Shown here: positions 17,569-27,614 of the stretch, in pieces
Layout: each line of letters begins with the position of its first letter
Numbering within the stretch: the first letter of the stretch is position 1
From: an uncultured Candidatus Saccharibacteria bacterium
Lineage (GTDB): Bacteria; Patescibacteriota; Minisyncoccia; Phycocordibacterales; PALSA-1337
Length of the DNA: 64,000 nucleotides
Direction of reading: 5' to 3'
Assembly (NCBI GenBank): GCA_964358005.1
Contig: CAYHNH010000003.1
Location: 16,334-80,333, forward strand
The notes under the pieces: model-generated
Database searches by the model: none
Seen by the model: only the letters and a program-made list of their open reading frames with translations
What the model was told of the DNA's origin: nothing
Made by a program: the position numbers and the translations under genes

Positions 17569-18825
17569 CTATTTCTTGCCCGTGAATGATAGCGCCATCT
17601 TCTGCTCCTTAGGATCGAAGAGAGTGATCTTGAATTCGTAGGTCTTGCCGAGCTCGAGAGTCTTCTTGAGCTTGTCCTCAGAACCGAACTCTGAGACGTG
17701 GACGAGACCGGCCACGCCTTCCTCTATGGAAGCGAGGGCGCCATGCTTGTTGAACTTGATGATGACTCCGGTGACCACCTGATCCTTCTTGTATTTCTTG
17801 CCTGCTTCGAGCCATGGGTTGGCCTTGAGCTGTTTCAATGACAGGGAGATCTTGCCATCCTTGATCTCTATGATCTTGGCCTTGATGCTCTGACCTGACT
17901 TCACGAAGTTGCGAGGATCATCGACGAGGCCCCAGTCGATCTCAGAGATATGAACGAGACCCTCGAGGCCTTCCTCGAGTTTGACGAATACTCCGAAGTC
18001 CACGACTCCAGTGACTGTGCCATCCACTTCATCACCGATCTCGTACTTGCTGACGATCTTCTCCTTTTCCTTATGCTCGCCGCCCTTCTCAGAGAATATG
18101 AGCTTGCCTTCCTTCGGGTCGGCTGTGATGATAGAGACCTGGATGCGCTGACCGACGAGCTTCTTCAGCTCATCAAGGATCTTGTCCTTGTCGCCGTCAG
18201 ATACGCGAGGGTAGTGTTCGGCCTTGAGCTGGGATGCCGGCAGGAATCCGACGATACCCTGCCATTCGATGAGCAATCCGCCCTTGTTGGCCTCTTTAAC
18301 CGGGAGTTCGAGGACCTTCTTTTCCTTGATAGCTACCTCGGCCTCGCTCCAGATGATGGCCTGACGAGCCTCCTTGAGAGACAGCTCGAGATAACCTTCC
18401 TTGTGCGCATTGTCTACGACCTTAGCCGCTATGACGTCGCCGATGTTTATCTTCTTGATAACGTCGCGGGCGATGATGAATTCGCGTCCATATATGATAC
18501 CTGTGCCGAAAGGCGCGAGGTCTACATAGACTGACGCCTTATCGAGCGCGATGACAGGTCCCTCCACGAGATCACCGATCTGCGGCGGGTTCTTCATGGC
18601 CAGGAACATTGGGGCCATGGAGTTGGCCTGCTGGGCCTCTGTGAGGACCTCAATGACAGGCTTCTTCACGCCTAGCGGCTTCTTATCGTCCCTCAGCTCT
18701 CCCTGCTTTATGGCTTCCTTGCCAGCCTCCTTTACTTCATTGGCTTTGGCCGCGGTAGTGCCCTCTGCAGGCTTGTCATCCTTGGGCTCGTCTTTACTAA
18801 AAGCACTCTTTAATTTATTGAACAT
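17569..18825 (-). CDS. rpsA: 30S ribosomal protein S1 (about 4 S1 domains)
   Basis: Repeated S1 motifs GFLPASQL, FGVFV..EGLVHISEI and GLVHVSE. Confidence 0.88.
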   Translation of the reverse strand: MFNKLKSAFSKDEPKDDKPAEGTTAAKANEVKEAGKEAIKQGELRDDKKPLGVKKPVIEVLTEAQQANSMAPMFLAMKNPPQIGDLVEGPVIALDKASVYVDLAPFGTGIIYGREFIIARDVIKKINIGDVIAAKVVDNAHKEGYLELSLKEARQAIIWSEAEVAIKEKKVLELPVKEANKGGLLIEWQGIVGFLPASQLKAEHYPRVSDGDKDKILDELKKLVGQRIQVSIITADPKEGKLIFSEKGGEHKEKEKIVSKYEIGDEVDGTVTGVVDFGVFVKLEEGLEGLVHISEIDWGLVDDPRNFVKSGQSIKAKIIEIKDGKISLSLKQLKANPWLEAGKKYKKDQVVTGVIIKFNKHGALASIEEGVAGLVHVSEFGSEDKLKKTLELGKTYEFKITLFDPKEQKMALSFTGKK

Positions 18826-18939
18826 GTTTGTTTTCTATGCCCCGCGTCGAATTTATAATAAGCGCGCTACGGGATAACACAGATTGTTAATAGGGAACAA
18901 TGGAAAACTATCATATTCCATGCTAAATTACCATCCATC

Positions 18940-19572
18940 ATGGTTATCACATTTCTGGGCGGAGAATTCGTAAAGGTGCAGTTCGGCGACACTATTCTCG
19001 CCTTCAATCCTATCTCCAAGGACTCTACTCTGAAGACGGCGAAATTTGGCGCTGATATCGTCCTTTCGACCTTGAATCATCCGGACATGAATGGTGTCGA
19101 TCAGGTGTCATTTGGCGACAAAAAGGCCTTTGCAGTGAATAGCCCGGGAGAGTACGAGGTCAAAGGCGTCTTCATAAAGGGCCATGCTTCAGAGTCTGGC
19201 TACGGCGGCGAGAAAAGGATCAATACTATATATACGGTGGAGCTGGAAGGCATGAATATCTGTTTCCTCGGGGCGATCGATCAGTCAGAACTGCCAAAGG
19301 AAGCAGATGAGGCTATTGATAACGTGGATATATTGTTCGTGCCTGTGGGCGGCGACGGTGTGCTCAATGCCGAGAGGGCATACAAGCTCGCTATCTCCAT
19401 AGGTCCGAAGCTGATCATCCCGATGCATTATGGCGATATGGGTGGCAAGGATGCACTCAAAGCCTTCCTCAAGGAAGCAGGGGAATCCCCGAAAGCTGAG
19501 ACCAAGCTCACTCTCAAGAAGAAGGATCTCGAAGGCAAGGATGCCGATATCCTATTGCTAGAAAAGGAATAA
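18940..19572 (+). CDS. MBL-fold metallo-hydrolase-like protein
   Basis: PGEYEVKGV, DILFVPVGG and IIPMHY; metal ligands appear partly degenerate. Confidence 0.75.
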   Translation: MVITFLGGEFVKVQFGDTILAFNPISKDSTLKTAKFGADIVLSTLNHPDMNGVDQVSFGDKKAFAVNSPGEYEVKGVFIKGHASESGYGGEKRINTIYTVELEGMNICFLGAIDQSELPKEADEAIDNVDILFVPVGGDGVLNAERAYKLAISIGPKLIIPMHYGDMGGKDALKAFLKEAGESPKAETKLTLKKKDLEGKDADILLLEKE

Positions 19573-19592
19573 ACGTTGTACAATTCGCGTAC

Positions 19593-19904
19593 ATGAGCCT
19601 GTCTTCCTATATAGAAAATCTCAGAGAAAGGCCTGAACACATCAGGCGCCGGGCCGCGTTCTGGTGGTCATTCGGCTTCACTATCATAGTGTTCGCGTTC
19701 TGGGTGGCCTCTTTTACCTCTATAGGCATCGGATTTGGCAGTGGAGCACAGAGGGCAGTCAGCGTGACTGCCGAGAAGATCGTCACGCCAGGTCAGTCGC
19801 TGGTAGCTGGAGTGGGGGCCTTCGCTGGCGATGTCTGGAGCATGATCGTGGGACCGAAAACTGTCACATACCAAGAGGTAGAGGTTACGCCGGGGAAGAG
19901 GTAA
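19593..19904 (+). CDS. Hypothetical membrane protein
   Basis: 103 aa with a single TM segment; -10-like TACAAT 8 nt upstream. Confidence 0.6.
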   Translation: MSLSSYIENLRERPEHIRRRAAFWWSFGFTIIVFAFWVASFTSIGIGFGSGAQRAVSVTAEKIVTPGQSLVAGVGAFAGDVWSMIVGPKTVTYQEVEVTPGKR

Positions 19905-20006
19905 AAATATCAAAATATCGGTTGTTAAATAGTCCCTTTTTTGCTATAATGTATACACAAATCTATAGCTTTAATTGAAGCTTTTTTTGATTACAAAACC
20001 TGACAC

Positions 20007-22490
20007 ATGGCCAAGAAACACGAAGATCAACCCCTGAAGAAAGAATCAACCGGCGTTCCTAGAGTCGGACCCGGCATCGTCTCGCGCTCCATCACGACCG
20101 AGATGCGTGAGTCATTCCTCGACTATGCTATGTCGGTCATCACTGACCGCGCCCTCCCGGATGTGCGCGACGGTCTCAAGCCGGTGCACCGCCGCATACT
20201 GTATTCTATGCATGAGAAGGGTCTCACCGCCTCGGCCAAATTCCGCAAATCCGCAGTGCCGGTCTCCGACACTATGGGTAACTATCACCCTCACGGCGAC
20301 GCGGCTATCTACGAATCCCTAGTGAAGATGGCCCAGGATTTCACCATGCGCTACCCGCTCATCCAGGGGCAGGGTAACTTCGGTACTGTAGACGGCGACC
20401 CAGCTGCCGCCATGCGCTATACCGAAGCTCGCATGTCTCGCCTGTCAGCGGAGCTCCTGAAGGATATCGGCAAGGACACCGTCGAATTCCGCCCCAACTA
20501 TGACGGCACCAAGAAAGAGCCGTCAGTCCTACCGACCGCTGTACCGAACCTACTCCTGAATGGCACGCTCGGCATCGCTGTCGGTATGGCTACCAATATC
20601 GCTCCGCACAACCTCGGCGAGATCGTAGACGCCACGACGCACCTCGTAGATAACAAGGACGCGACCACCGAGGATGTGCTCAAGTTCATAAAGGGCCCTG
20701 ACTTTCCGCTCGGAGCAGTCGTCTACGGTGAGAAGGACATCCACCACGCCTACACTACCGGCCGCGGCGGCATGACCGTGCGCGGGGAAGCCGAGATCAC
20801 CGAGGACAAGAAGGGCCAATATCAGATCGTCATCACCTCGATACCATTCCGCGTGAACAAGAGCGAGCTCATCATCAGGATCGCCGACCTGGTGCGCGAC
20901 AAGATAGTCGAAGGCATCAAAGGTATCAGGGATGAATCGACCAAGGACATCCGCATCGTCATCGATCTGAAGCAAGGCTCGTATCCGGAAAAGGTTCTCA
21001 ATCTGCTCTACAAGCATACCCAGCTCGAGGAGATGTTCCACATGAATACCGTGGCGCTCGTAGGTGGTGTGCCACAGACCCTCGGCCTCAAGTCCATCCT
21101 CCAGGAATTCATCGCCCACCGCATAGAGGTCATACGACGCCGGACGAAATTCGACCTCGCTGCGGCCGAAGCGCGAGAGCATATCTTGCTCGGTCTTAAG
21201 AAGGCTCTCGACCACATAGACGAGATCATCACGCTCATCCGCGGCTCGAAGGATGCGCCAGAAGCCCATGCCGGCCTCATGAAGAAGTTCAAGTTCAGCG
21301 AGCTTCAGGCTACAGCTATCTTGGAGATGCGCCTGCAGAAGCTAGCCGGCCTCGAGCGCAAGAAGGTGCTCGACGAGCTCAAGGAAGTTCAGGCCCTCAT
21401 CGAAGATCTGAAGGGCATCCTAGGCAGTGAGAAGCGCGTCCGCACCATCATCAAGGATGAGCTCACCGACATCAAAGCTCGCTACGGCGACGAGCGCAGA
21501 ACCAAGATAGTGAAGCACGGCGTCAAAGAATTCAGCGTCGAAGATCTCATCGCTGACGAAGAGTCGGTGCTAGTCCTCACTAAGGGCGGCTATATCAAGC
21601 GCACTGATCCGTCGGAGTATCGCAAGCAGAGGCGCGGCGGCGTCGGTGTCGTCGATCTCGACACCAAGGAAGAGGATTTCATCTCGCATCTCGTGTATGC
21701 CACTACCCACAACGACCTGCTTTTCTTCACGGACAAGGGCAAAGCCTACCAGATAAAGATGCACGAAATACCAGAAGGCAAGCGTGCCACCAAGGGCAAG
21801 TCCATCATGAACTTCCTGTCGCTCTCGGACGGCGAGCGCGTGACCTCCATCCTGCCTATGCCGAAGAATAAGAAAGAGGCTGATGGTCTGACGCTCGTCA
21901 TGATAACCAAGAACGGCACTGGCAAGAAGTCATCAGCCAAGCATTTCAAGGACGTGCGCCGATCCGGTTTGATCGCCATATCGCTCGACAGCGGCGATGA
22001 GCTCATCTCTGTTTCATTCGCGTCCAAGTCGGATGAGATCGTCATCGCGACGAAGGAAGGCCAATCCATCCGTTTCAAGGAGGCTGACGTCCGAGAGATG
22101 GGCAGGAATGCAGCTGGTGTGCGCGTCATCCGTCTCGACAAGGATGATCACGTCATATCTGCCGATGTTGTATCGAAGGAGGCCAAGAATCCGATGCTTT
22201 TCGTACTAGGCGCCAATGGCTATGGCAAGAAGACCGAGCTTTCAGAATACAAAGTCCAGAAGCGCGGCGGCTCGGGCATCCTCACTATGAATGTAACGGC
22301 CAAGACTGGCCCGCTCATGGCCGCGCGCGTCGTCACTGATGAAGTAGAAGAGGTCGTCGCCATGTCGAAGAAGAGCCAGGTCATCCGCGTGGATTTGAAG
22401 GAGATACCGACATTGAGTCGTGCCACCCAGGGCGTGCGCGTCATGAAGCTGCGTGAGGGGGATTCACTGGCAAGCTTGATTTGTTTGTAG
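20007..22490 (+). CDS. gyrA: DNA gyrase subunit A
   Basis: [26 protein letters not shown] and GyrA-box QRRGGVG. Confidence 0.97.
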   Translation: MAKKHEDQPLKKESTGVPRVGPGIVSRSITTEMRESFLDYAMSVITDRALPDVRDGLKPVHRRILYSMHEKGLTASAKFRKSAVPVSDTMGNYHPHGDAAIYESLVKMAQDFTMRYPLIQGQGNFGTVDGDPAAAMRYTEARMSRLSAELLKDIGKDTVEFRPNYDGTKKEPSVLPTAVPNLLLNGTLGIAVGMATNIAPHNLGEIVDATTHLVDNKDATTEDVLKFIKGPDFPLGAVVYGEKDIHHAYTTGRGGMTVRGEAEITEDKKGQYQIVITSIPFRVNKSELIIRIADLVRDKIVEGIKGIRDESTKDIRIVIDLKQGSYPEKVLNLLYKHTQLEEMFHMNTVALVGGVPQTLGLKSILQEFIAHRIEVIRRRTKFDLAAAEAREHILLGLKKALDHIDEIITLIRGSKDAPEAHAGLMKKFKFSELQATAILEMRLQKLAGLERKKVLDELKEVQALIEDLKGILGSEKRVRTIIKDELTDIKARYGDERRTKIVKHGVKEFSVEDLIADEESVLVLTKGGYIKRTDPSEYRKQRRGGVGVVDLDTKEEDFISHLVYATTHNDLLFFTDKGKAYQIKMHEIPEGKRATKGKSIMNFLSLSDGERVTSILPMPKNKKEADGLTLVMITKNGTGKKSSAKHFKDVRRSGLIAISLDSGDELISVSFASKSDEIVIATKEGQSIRFKEADVREMGRNAAGVRVIRLDKDDHVISADVVSKEAKNPMLFVLGANGYGKKTELSEYKVQKRGGSGILTMNVTAKTGPLMAARVVTDEVEEVVAMSKKSQVIRVDLKEIPTLSRATQGVRVMKLREGDSLASLICL

Positions 22491-22492
22491 AA

Positions 22493-22610
22493 AAAGCAGG
22501 GGAAAGCAAGTGGCATGAAGGGACATTGCGAGCGCGACTGGCGCGAGCACTAGGAATTTCGCAGCAGCGAAATATCCGTGTCCCTGGATGACACTTGCTT
22601 CCCCTTGCTT
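22493..22610. repeat. Dispersed structured repeat (copy B): ~65-bp core with ~23-bp inverted arms
   Basis: Core 22520-22584 is homologous (reverse complement) to 43345-43407; arms at 22494-22516 and 22588-22610. Confidence 0.8.
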
Positions 22611-22667
22611 GCTTTGTCCACACAGACAAGCCTGCCAATAGATGATCCATGCTAAAATTACGGGACC

Positions 22668-23186
22668 ATGTTCTCCGACCCTGGAGCAAATATCGCTAAA
22701 TTAGGCGTCGCTGACGGCATGAAAGTTGCCGACCTCGGTGCCGGGTCGGGCTTCTATTCTATAGAGTCAGCCAAGCGCGTAGGCGCTAGTGGCCGCATCT
22801 ACGCCATAGATGTCCAGAAGAACCTCCTGGAGAGGCTGCGTTCGGTGGCTCAAGCCCAAAGCCTCAATAACGTCGAGGTCATATGGGCCAACGCCGAGAA
22901 GATAGGCGGCACCAAGCTCAAGGATGCCTTAGTGGACAGAGCCATAGTCTCCAACATCCTCTTTCAGGTCGCCAAAATGGATGATTTTGCTCTGGAGGTC
23001 AAGCGGATCACGAAGTCCGGAGGCAAGCTCCTTATCATCGAATGGAATGAGACTACGCCGCTCGCCCCCAAGACCCAGGTGCCCCAGATAAAGGTCCAGA
23101 CGTTGTTCGAGAAGAGCGGCTTCAAGCTGGAGGAGACCTTCCCGGCGGGTGCTAGTCACTATGGCATGATATTTACGCGCATATGA
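22668..23186 (+). CDS. Class I SAM-dependent methyltransferase
   Basis: VADLGAGSG, IYAIDVQ and GGKLLIIEW. Confidence 0.85.
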   Translation: MFSDPGANIAKLGVADGMKVADLGAGSGFYSIESAKRVGASGRIYAIDVQKNLLERLRSVAQAQSLNNVEVIWANAEKIGGTKLKDALVDRAIVSNILFQVAKMDDFALEVKRITKSGGKLLIIEWNETTPLAPKTQVPQIKVQTLFEKSGFKLEETFPAGASHYGMIFTRI

Positions 23187-24484
23187 AAACCACTAAATTC
23201 CAGGTAATAACGCTCATAGTCTTCATCGTCTTCATCATCGCAGGCGTAACCATGTTCGCCACATATAAAGGCAGCCAATCAGAGCAGTCACTGCCACCAG
23301 TCACCATGTGGGGCACTTTTCCCAAGGATCAGTTCGATCAGTATGTTGTAAAAGTGAACAACGCTTTGCCCCAGCAATTCAACATCAGGTATGAGCAGGT
23401 GAGCGCACAGTCATTCTTGAACCGTTTCGTATCGGCGCTAGCTAAGGGCGCCGGTCCAGATGCCATACTCGTCGAGGCTGACATAATCCTGCCACTGCAG
23501 GACAAGCTCACGGCTATCCCATATGACCTCTACCCGCAGAGGGCCTTCATAGACCAGTTCATAGACGAGGCGCAGGTCTATCTCGGCAACGATGGTCTCA
23601 TCGGCATACCGTTCTCTGTAGATCCTATGGTCATGTATTGGAATAAAGACTCCTTCAACGCGGCCGGCATACCTCTGCCGCCGAAGTACTGGGATGAGCT
23701 CCGGGTCGTGAATAAAAAGCTCACGACGAAGGACGACAATGGCACTGTAACGCGGAGCGGCGCGGCTATGGGCGATTTTAGCAATGTCACAAATGCTCGC
23801 GAGCTCCTAGGCAGTCTCATACTGCAGTCGGGCAATGCGGTGACTGGGCCGAGCGAGCGTGGGGGATTGAAGAGCCTACTAAAGTCTACCGGAGAACGCA
23901 GTCCCGTGGCGGCTGTCACTTTCTTTACGCAATTTGTGGATCCCGGCAATGAGAATTATTCCTGGAACCATTCATGGCCAGACTCTAGGACGGCCTTCGT
24001 CTCGGGTAAGCTGGCCACATACTTCGGCATGGCCTCCGAGCTTTTTGCCCTGCGGAACAAGAATCCGAACCTGAATTTTGACGTGTCTCCCATACCGCAA
24101 TACAGGACCGGGGGAGTCGCGGCCACCTATGGCAAGATATATGGCTTCTCGATAGTGAAGCAATCGCAGGTGTCGAATGCCGCCTATCAGATGATATATA
24201 CCCTGACCGCCCCTCAATTCCTGTATGAGATATCCAATGGGATGTATCTGCCATCCGTAAGCCGGGCCATCATATCAGCCGGGTCGAAAGACCCATATGT
24301 CTCTAGGTTCAATGAAGCGGCTCTGATATCTAGGACCTGGAGGGACGCCGATTCGAGCGTCTCGTCGAGAATATTCGGGTCAATGGTGCAGACTATAACG
24401 ACAGGCCGCAAGTCTGTCGCGGAGGCACTAGATGAAGCATCGGAGGAATATGACGCGGCCCTCCTACAGGCAATCGGCGAATAA
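23183..24484 (+). CDS. Extracellular solute-binding protein (family 1-like), membrane-anchored
   Basis: GPD, IPFSVD.MVMYWNKD, PPKYWDEL and FVSGKLA motifs. Confidence 0.8.
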   Translation: MKTTKFQVITLIVFIVFIIAGVTMFATYKGSQSEQSLPPVTMWGTFPKDQFDQYVVKVNNALPQQFNIRYEQVSAQSFLNRFVSALAKGAGPDAILVEADIILPLQDKLTAIPYDLYPQRAFIDQFIDEAQVYLGNDGLIGIPFSVDPMVMYWNKDSFNAAGIPLPPKYWDELRVVNKKLTTKDDNGTVTRSGAAMGDFSNVTNARELLGSLILQSGNAVTGPSERGGLKSLLKSTGERSPVAAVTFFTQFVDPGNENYSWNHSWPDSRTAFVSGKLATYFGMASELFALRNKNPNLNFDVSPIPQYRTGGVAATYGKIYGFSIVKQSQVSNAAYQMIYTLTAPQFLYEISNGMYLPSVSRAIISAGSKDPYVSRFNEAALISRTWRDADSSVSSRIFGSMVQTITTGRKSVAEALDEASEEYDAALLQAIGE

Positions 24485-24487
24485 CAT

Positions 24488-25030
24488 ATGAAGGAAATAT
24501 CAAAAAAAGGCGTGATACTGGCGATACTAGGTGTGAGCTTTTTCAGCTTCGCTGGCATAGCAAGCGCGGTCAATCCCGCTGATGTGCCTCCGGTCAATCT
24601 CACCAAGACGCCTGACGCTGGCGGGCCATTTGGCGCTTTCAAGATACTGCAGTGCGATGGGCCGGCTAAATTGAACGATGTCTCAACGCACAGGGTCAAG
24701 AATACCGATGGCAATTGGCAGGTTGAAACTGTGAACGGAGTTCCGTGGACGCCAGATCCGAAATTCGTAGCCTGCGATTTCCGCGGCTTGATGATCCAGA
24801 TCCAGTTCCTCATCAATGCGGCAGTGGTCATCGGCGTCCTGGCGGCGCTCATCGGCTTTGCCTACGCCGGCTTCCTTTATATCACCGGCACCCAGGCCAA
24901 CCTCAAGAAGGCCCACACTATATTCCCGAAGATATTCTGGGGCTTTGTGATCATGCTCATGGCCTGGTTCATCGTTTATCAGATATTAGCTTGGCTAACG
25001 CCTGCGGCGTCGGCGTACTTGCCGCAATAA
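24488..25030 (+). CDS. TrbC/VirB2-like pilin
   Basis: Signal peptide, Cys pair, two TM helices with AGFLYIT...KAH...WG pattern. Confidence 0.65.
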   Translation: MKEISKKGVILAILGVSFFSFAGIASAVNPADVPPVNLTKTPDAGGPFGAFKILQCDGPAKLNDVSTHRVKNTDGNWQVETVNGVPWTPDPKFVACDFRGLMIQIQFLINAAVVIGVLAALIGFAYAGFLYITGTQANLKKAHTIFPKIFWGFVIMLMAWFIVYQILAWLTPAASAYLPQ

Positions 25031-25034
25031 CAAC

Positions 25035-25892
25035 ATGCATCCATTTAGAACAAAGGTCATCGTGGCACTGTCGCTCTCTCTGGCGTGTCTCTTTGCGGTT
25101 CTGCCGATATCTACAGCCAGCGCCCAGAGCTTTACGACGAATATCTCGGAGGTCACAGAGACCGGCTTCGACGTGAATTGGACGTTCGTGACTGGTGCAC
25201 AAAGGTACATGGTTTTTTGGAAAGCTAGATCCGAGGCGAGCTTCAGGCAGTCTAGCCCGATCTTAGCTTCGGCGGCGGCTACTCGCTATGCGCTCAGAAA
25301 CCTAACCCCAAGCACTCAATACGAGGTCTTTGTGGGAGTATCGATGGATGGCGCTTCATATGATGGGCAGACTGCGGTAAGCGCTCGCACACTGGGAGGG
25401 ACGGTTCCACCAACCCCTACGCCTGCTCCATCTCCCACCCCTGCGCCAACCCCTGCACCTACTCCAGCCCCCACACCGACGCCTGTCCCAGTACCAACAC
25501 TTGCACCAACACTTGCGCCGACACGTGCCCCAGGCACCGGTACTGGCAGTACTGGCACGCAAAACATGTTCTATATCCAGAACCCCCTCAATCCACAATT
25601 CAACAGCGTCGGGGGTCTAGTCAGCGGCTTTCTGGAGATATTCTCTTATCTGGTGATACTTTTCGCGGTTCTGATGCTCATCTGGGTAGGTCTGCAGTTC
25701 GTCCTGGCCCAGGGAAATGCCGAAAGGATGAAGGAGCTCAAGAAATGGCTACTGTGGATAGTGGTCGGCATAGCTCTCGTAATAGGTGCTAGAATTGTCG
25801 TTGCAGTAGTGATTAGTACCCTGGATGCGACTGGCGTAGTAAATCAAGGAGTCATCAGGGGCGCTCGTAATGCATTAGATGGCAGACCATAA
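25035..25892 (+). CDS. Fibronectin type III + Pro/Thr linker + TrbC/VirB2-like pilin fusion
   Basis: FN3 motif LRNLTPSTQYEV; (PT/PA)n linker; NPL...GLQFVLAQGN...K...LW.VVG. Confidence 0.7.
   Translation: MHPFRTKVIVALSLSLACLFAVLPISTASAQSFTTNISEVTETGFDVNWTFVTGAQRYMVFWKARSEASFRQSSPILASAAATRYALRNLTPSTQYEVFVGVSMDGASYDGQTAVSARTLGGTVPPTPTPAPSPTPAPTPAPTPAPTPTPVPVPTLAPTLAPTRAPGTGTGSTGTQNMFYIQNPLNPQFNSVGGLVSGFLEIFSYLVILFAVLMLIWVGLQFVLAQGNAERMKELKKWLLWIVVGIALVIGARIVVAVVISTLDATGVVNQGVIRGARNALDGRP
25411..25530 (+). repeat. Pro-Thr/Pro-Ala coding low-complexity repeat
   Basis: Encodes PTPTPAPSPTPAPTPAPTPAPTPTPVPVPTLAPTLAPT. Confidence 0.8.
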
Positions 25893-26271
25893 TAAGATGA
25901 TAAAAAACATGTTGAATTCCAGAATCAAGATGGCGACTATGACAGGAGCGACGATACTGTTTCCATTGACCGCCTTCGCCGCTGACAAAAAGCTCTCCGA
26001 CATAATAAATACAATAGTTTCCTATCTCGGCGATATTCTCTTCCTGCTCATGGCCCTGGCTGTGGTCATATTCGTCTGGTATGTGATCAAGTATTTCATC
26101 ATGCCGAATGAGAGCCGCAAGGAGGCCGGTCAATATGTCATGTACAGCCTGATCGGATTCTTCGTTATACTCTCTATGTGGGGGATAGTTAGTGTGATCT
26201 CGAATACACTGGACATAGGAGGAGCTGGCCCCCAGACTTGGGATAATTTTAGGAACATATTTCCCCGTTAA
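25879..26271 (+). CDS. TrbC/VirB2-like pilin
   Basis: PLTAFA signal; two TM helices ending LIGFFVILSMWGIV; start may be downstream (ATG 25908 or 25930 region). Confidence 0.65.
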   Translation: MADHNKMIKNMLNSRIKMATMTGATILFPLTAFAADKKLSDIINTIVSYLGDILFLLMALAVVIFVWYVIKYFIMPNESRKEAGQYVMYSLIGFFVILSMWGIVSVISNTLDIGGAGPQTWDNFRNIFPR

Positions 26272-26286
26272 TATATAAGAAAATCC

Positions 26287-26739
26287 ATGAATAGCGCAGC
26301 AGTCACAAATGCCGGCACTCTGATAAGCAAGTTCGATTACCTTTTCCGTTCGGCTGTATGGCTCATGGTGTCCCTGGCGATCGTTTTCATCGTATGGCAC
26401 GCATTGCAGTTCATAAGGGAAGCGGGAGGCGACGAGAGGAAGAAGCACCAGAACGCTATATTGTGGGGCATCGTCGGTCTTGCGGTTATCCTCTCGATCT
26501 GGGGACTTGTCGCCATATTGAGCAATACATTTAATGTCGGCAATGTCGAAGGCCAGAATGAAGCGGCGAGGAATATAAACAAGCTCATCATACCCAGGAG
26601 CTCGTTCCAGAGTGGTGGTGGATCTAATCCTACGCCTGCCCCCGGACCCGGCACTGGCACCGGATCCAACCCACCTGGACCTGGTACGGGCACTGGATCT
26701 AACCCCCCTGGCCCGGGTACTGGCACCGGATCGAATTGA
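26287..26739 (+). CDS. TrbC/VirB2-like pilin with C-terminal Gly/Pro/Thr repeats
   Basis: ILWGIVGLAVILSIWGLV; tail (PGPGTGTGSNP)x3. Confidence 0.65.
   Translation: MNSAAVTNAGTLISKFDYLFRSAVWLMVSLAIVFIVWHALQFIREAGGDERKKHQNAILWGIVGLAVILSIWGLVAILSNTFNVGNVEGQNEAARNINKLIIPRSSFQSGGGSNPTPAPGPGTGTGSNPPGPGTGTGSNPPGPGTGTGSN
26641..26736 (+). repeat. 33-bp coding tandem repeat, about 3 copies
   Basis: Identical peptide PGPGTGTGSNP with synonymous DNA differences. Confidence 0.85.
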
Positions 26740-26840
26740 TAGTAATCCACAGCTAGGCTTAAATAAAACCGTAATACTGCTATAATTGCAGACAGCTAGA
26801 AATTGTCGTTTAGCATCCTTATTAAAATCATTAAATTAGT

Positions 26841-27215
26841 ATGAAAAAGCTTATAACAACACTCGCTTTCACCCTCGCGCCAGCCATAGCTTTCGCCCAG
26901 GTAAACGCCCCTGTCAGGGATTTCAATAGCCTGACCCAGAAGACCATAGGTATCGGCAACACCATCATCGGCGTGCTCATAGCTATCGCGGTCATATTCA
27001 TCGTCTATAACGTTCTGATGTTCATCGTCAAGGCCGGAACGGACGACAGGAAGACATATCAGAAGGCCATCCTTTGGGGCATCGTCGGTCTTGCTGTTAT
27101 CCTCTCGATCTGGGGTCTCGTCGCCATCCTTACGAACACCTTCGGCACAGCCGGCAACCCTGTAGGTCCTGCAACTCTCTACCCAGTCAATCCAGTACCG
27201 GTACCAGCTCAATAA
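26841..27215 (+). CDS. TrbC/VirB2-like pilin
   Basis: PAIAFAQ signal; ILWGIVGLAVILSIWGLV. Confidence 0.7.
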   Translation: MKKLITTLAFTLAPAIAFAQVNAPVRDFNSLTQKTIGIGNTIIGVLIAIAVIFIVYNVLMFIVKAGTDDRKTYQKAILWGIVGLAVILSIWGLVAILTNTFGTAGNPVGPATLYPVNPVPVPAQ

Positions 27216-27218
27216 ATA

Positions 27219-27527
27219 ATGCGAGGATTGCTCCCATCACTGGTATCTGAAGCGCATGCCCAAGCCGCGACAAGCAACGTCGCGGCGTTTGGCAATGTCC
27301 TGAATCCGATAATCACTAATATCGTAAACCCCATCGTCAAGCTGGCCTTCGCGGTCGCAGTGGTGGTGTTCGTGTATGGGGTGATACAAATGATCTTGAA
27401 TAAGACAGACGCTGAATCTCACAAGAAAGCCAGGTGGAGCATGCTGGGAGGGCTCATCGGTATGGTCATAATGGTTTGCGCCTGGGGAATAGTGTATCTG
27501 GTGGCAAACACGGTAAAGGGTTTTTAG
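27219..27527 (+). CDS. TrbC/VirB2-like pilin
   Basis: AHAQ signal; IVNPI..L.FAVA...FVYG...MLGGLIGMVIMVCAWGIV. Confidence 0.7.
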   Translation: MRGLLPSLVSEAHAQAATSNVAAFGNVLNPIITNIVNPIVKLAFAVAVVVFVYGVIQMILNKTDAESHKKARWSMLGGLIGMVIMVCAWGIVYLVANTVKGF

Positions 27528-27530
27528 GGT

Positions 27531-27589
27531 AAAAAAAGAGGCCGCGCAGTCTGTTTGAGTTTTGAATTCAAACGACGGCGCGGCCACTC
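27531..27589 (-). terminator. Long hairpin terminator
   Basis: GGCCGCGC...GCGCGGCC imperfect hairpin with an A run on + (U tail on -). Confidence 0.6.
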
Positions 27590-27614
27590 GTGTGGTAGAG
27601 AATGTGCTGAACTC

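Noticed and set aside
25411-26736. CRISPR array in the pilin-region repeats
   Set aside because: The repeats are coding, synonymous-diverged and lack spacers; no cas genes
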